From NCBI GenBank assembly GCA_963693365.1, contig CAVNZM010000003.1:1089506-1153505 (forward strand): 64,000 bases of DNA, in the 5' to 3' direction. Made by a program: the position numbers and the translations under genes. This DNA comes from Amoebidium appalachense (lineage: Eukaryota > Protista > Ichthyosporea). The first letter of the stretch is position 1, and each line of letters opens with the position of its first letter. Under the pieces are notes generated by a model, which saw nothing but the letters and a program-made list of their open reading frames with translations, ran no database searches and was not told the origin of the DNA. Shown one piece after another: positions 61,485 to 64,000 of the stretch.

Positions 61485-64000
61485 CGATATTAGTGTGGAT
61501 AGAGACGATGTCAGGTTCAACAGAGCCCAAGAGCGGGCTAAAGGAGGGAGGGAAAAATAGAAGGAAGAAAAGACTTTGTTCGGCCTGTGACTATATGATA
61601 AGGTGTTTTCTAAACGGGGAGATGCTGTTTGGGTAAAGCGTGTGCATGTGTGTTACACCGTGCAACTGCCTGGCATGGTTGACAATACTCACTCAGTATA
61701 CCCACATGCCTGCTGCATATATGCATGCCTGGTTGCTAGTAAAAGCGCAGATACAAAGACTGGATCAGAACTCTGCATAAACAAAACAGAGAATTTTGAT
61801 CGGCATAACGGGGTTGCACGATGCCTATCTAGAATATGGTACATCATATCAAGGCATGACTGAGCTGGAAACCTGTAATCGTGTTATGTTGCATTGCATC
61901 AACAAAAACGTGTGAGGTATCCATAGGTGCTTGATTGAGTATGTGTGTACATAAGTGGGTTTAATTGAGAGTGATGATGTATGCGTGTAAGTTCATATGT
62001 GTCTTAATGAGTGTGAACGAGCCTTTTCCCCCCCTACACACAGTGCAATCGGAAGAAGGACGACCTACCGGCTGGGGCCGAAAGGACTAGTAGCCCTTGA
62101 TTCAGATGTCCTCTCCGTAGCAAAGATGTGAAGTTATGCAGAAGGCAAATACAAACAACAAAACCCTAAAGGGATAAAAAGGGAGTATAAAACGTTCCTT
62201 CTCACACTAACTCCAACCCCTCAAAAAGAGCTGCGCTTCAAATTCCCTTATGTACGCCAGGTGATGGAATGCGAGGAGATAGGGTACTCTTGTCTGAACA
62301 TAAACAAGAAGCAGAGATCATGAAGCTTTTTCAAGCTTCAAAAATAAAAAAAGACTACGATATGGAGTGCTGTTCATTTGCGTACTATAACTATCAAGTT
62401 TTTCGCTCTTGGATCCACACTTGTACATGTTACTTTAAGTGTAACAATGTTGAACCCAGAAGCCTGTTTGATCTACCTTGCCTAGCGGTGACGGTCTAAA
62501 CTTTCATACCAACTAAACACCAAATATTCCGCTACCAGAGTTTCCAACGTTAGAAAATAAACTTCCTACTATCTATATTTTGTGTCAAAAAACAAGAAAA
62601 ACTTGGAATCTCAAGAGTCTTCATAAAACGAAACTTCGACGGAAAGCACGGTTTGTTTGCTGTGACAGCCGGAGAGCTTGTACAGCCACCAGTTGGTGCG
62701 AAAGGTGGCTATTCGTGATTGGTTTAAAAGTTTTGCACCCCTCTGGATCCAAACGGGCAATTGCAAGAACAAGGAATACAAAGATAATGGGTGCAAGTAA
62801 ATTTTTTCTTGGTCCACTACGACAAATGACATATAGTTTAAAGCATATGTACTCTTTGGAAAAAATCTGCTTTTATCGTTAAGGTTGCTGCGCTCTGTAC
62901 GCCCTATGGGGGGCCGGGGGCTGTCTGTGGGCTTTGAGGTAGCCACCTGTGATTGGTGGAGAGCTCACCATCTTTTACCCCCCCAGGCTCTTACAGGTGG
63001 GTCCATGGAGGTTGAGGTTGAACAGTGCCTGGTCATTGAACGAGAGCAGTCGGCCAAAACAGTATTTCTCACAAACTGCCGCCAAAAAATACAAATTAAT
63101 ATAATACAAAATTTTACTTTATGTATGGTGAGACTCCTACTTACTTAGCCTTGACAATATGTAAGTTACGGAACTTGGCAAACGGCACGCATCGAAATTT
63201 TTAGGAATGCCCCAAACAAGAGGTTTCGGGAGATTTCCATGTTTTTCGGTGCACACACAGAGAGACACGAAGGCGCTTTACATCATCAAGTAAACTATTA
63301 CATATCCATGCTACCACAGTGTCTAAGGTGGCCACTTGAAGCTGCAGTCGTGTTTGCATGCATTGATCTGCCCGGCGGGTACTCCCTGATCCCGGGATCC
63401 TGGCTCAAGTCCACCGACATCGAATATATCATGGGCCATATACATAGTTCGATTTTTTTAAACCTGCCTGCTTCCTTTGTCAACCCTAATATTAGTCTTC
63501 AACCATAGAGGGAAAGATGTTTCGTTAACACTAGTAATTCACAATTCCTTTACGGTCCCCCCCCCCCCCCCCCTCCCCCTGCCCAAGGGGCCCAACACAA
63601 ACAAAAAGGCGCATCAAGCCTCTCATATTCCCAAATTGCGTAAAACGAAGGTCAAAACGGGACACACAGAGCACAATTTATTTGCAGGTGTATAACCTGA
63701 AGAGCACAGAAGTGCACGTTGTCACGCTGCAGTGCTTATAACAAAGAAATTAGCTGAGTGTGTACATGTGGACTGTGAAAAAATCACACAGCAAGGCCCA
63801 ACGAATAACCCTGGAATCACGTTCTTACAATGGATGTCCCAGAAACCCAACCTCAAAAACCCCTTCCACGTCTATGATATCCTTATGAACGTTTTGTATG
63901 CATGTATGTTTCAAAAATCAGGCTGGCGTGGCTTGACATCCAACAGCCGGCATTCACTTCTATTCGATATATCAGTGGTTACACAATTCTAGAAAGAACC

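Overview
Eukaryotic nuclear DNA with GT-AG introns, extremely rich in poly-G/poly-C, (CA)n, (CT)n and (A)n runs, which create almost all of the spurious ORFs in the track. Gene content suggests an opisthokont-like protist (inference only). Left third: three paralogous two-exon secreted RNase T2 genes (two tandem on +, one inverted on -; the middle copy is frameshifted) in duplicated segments, enclosing a frameshifted KCTD-type BTB/POZ + SPRY-like pseudogene and an intact two-ORF non-LTR retrotransposon (APE endonuclease + RT). Middle: a ~20 kb multi-exon BAR-PH-ArfGAP-ankyrin (ACAP-type) gene on -. Right: an IQ-DH-PH-DEP-HR1 RhoGEF gene on -. The two most unusual signals are (i) a ~110-140 bp repeat family found only in introns, always sense-oriented, whose 3' end forms a branch-point motif ahead of real splice acceptors, and (ii) a ~245-300 bp retroelement 3' module, (CA)n...(A)n...C-run, found both at the end of the LINE and as a clean insertion in an older LINE relic. 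No rRNA, tRNA or CRISPR array was seen.
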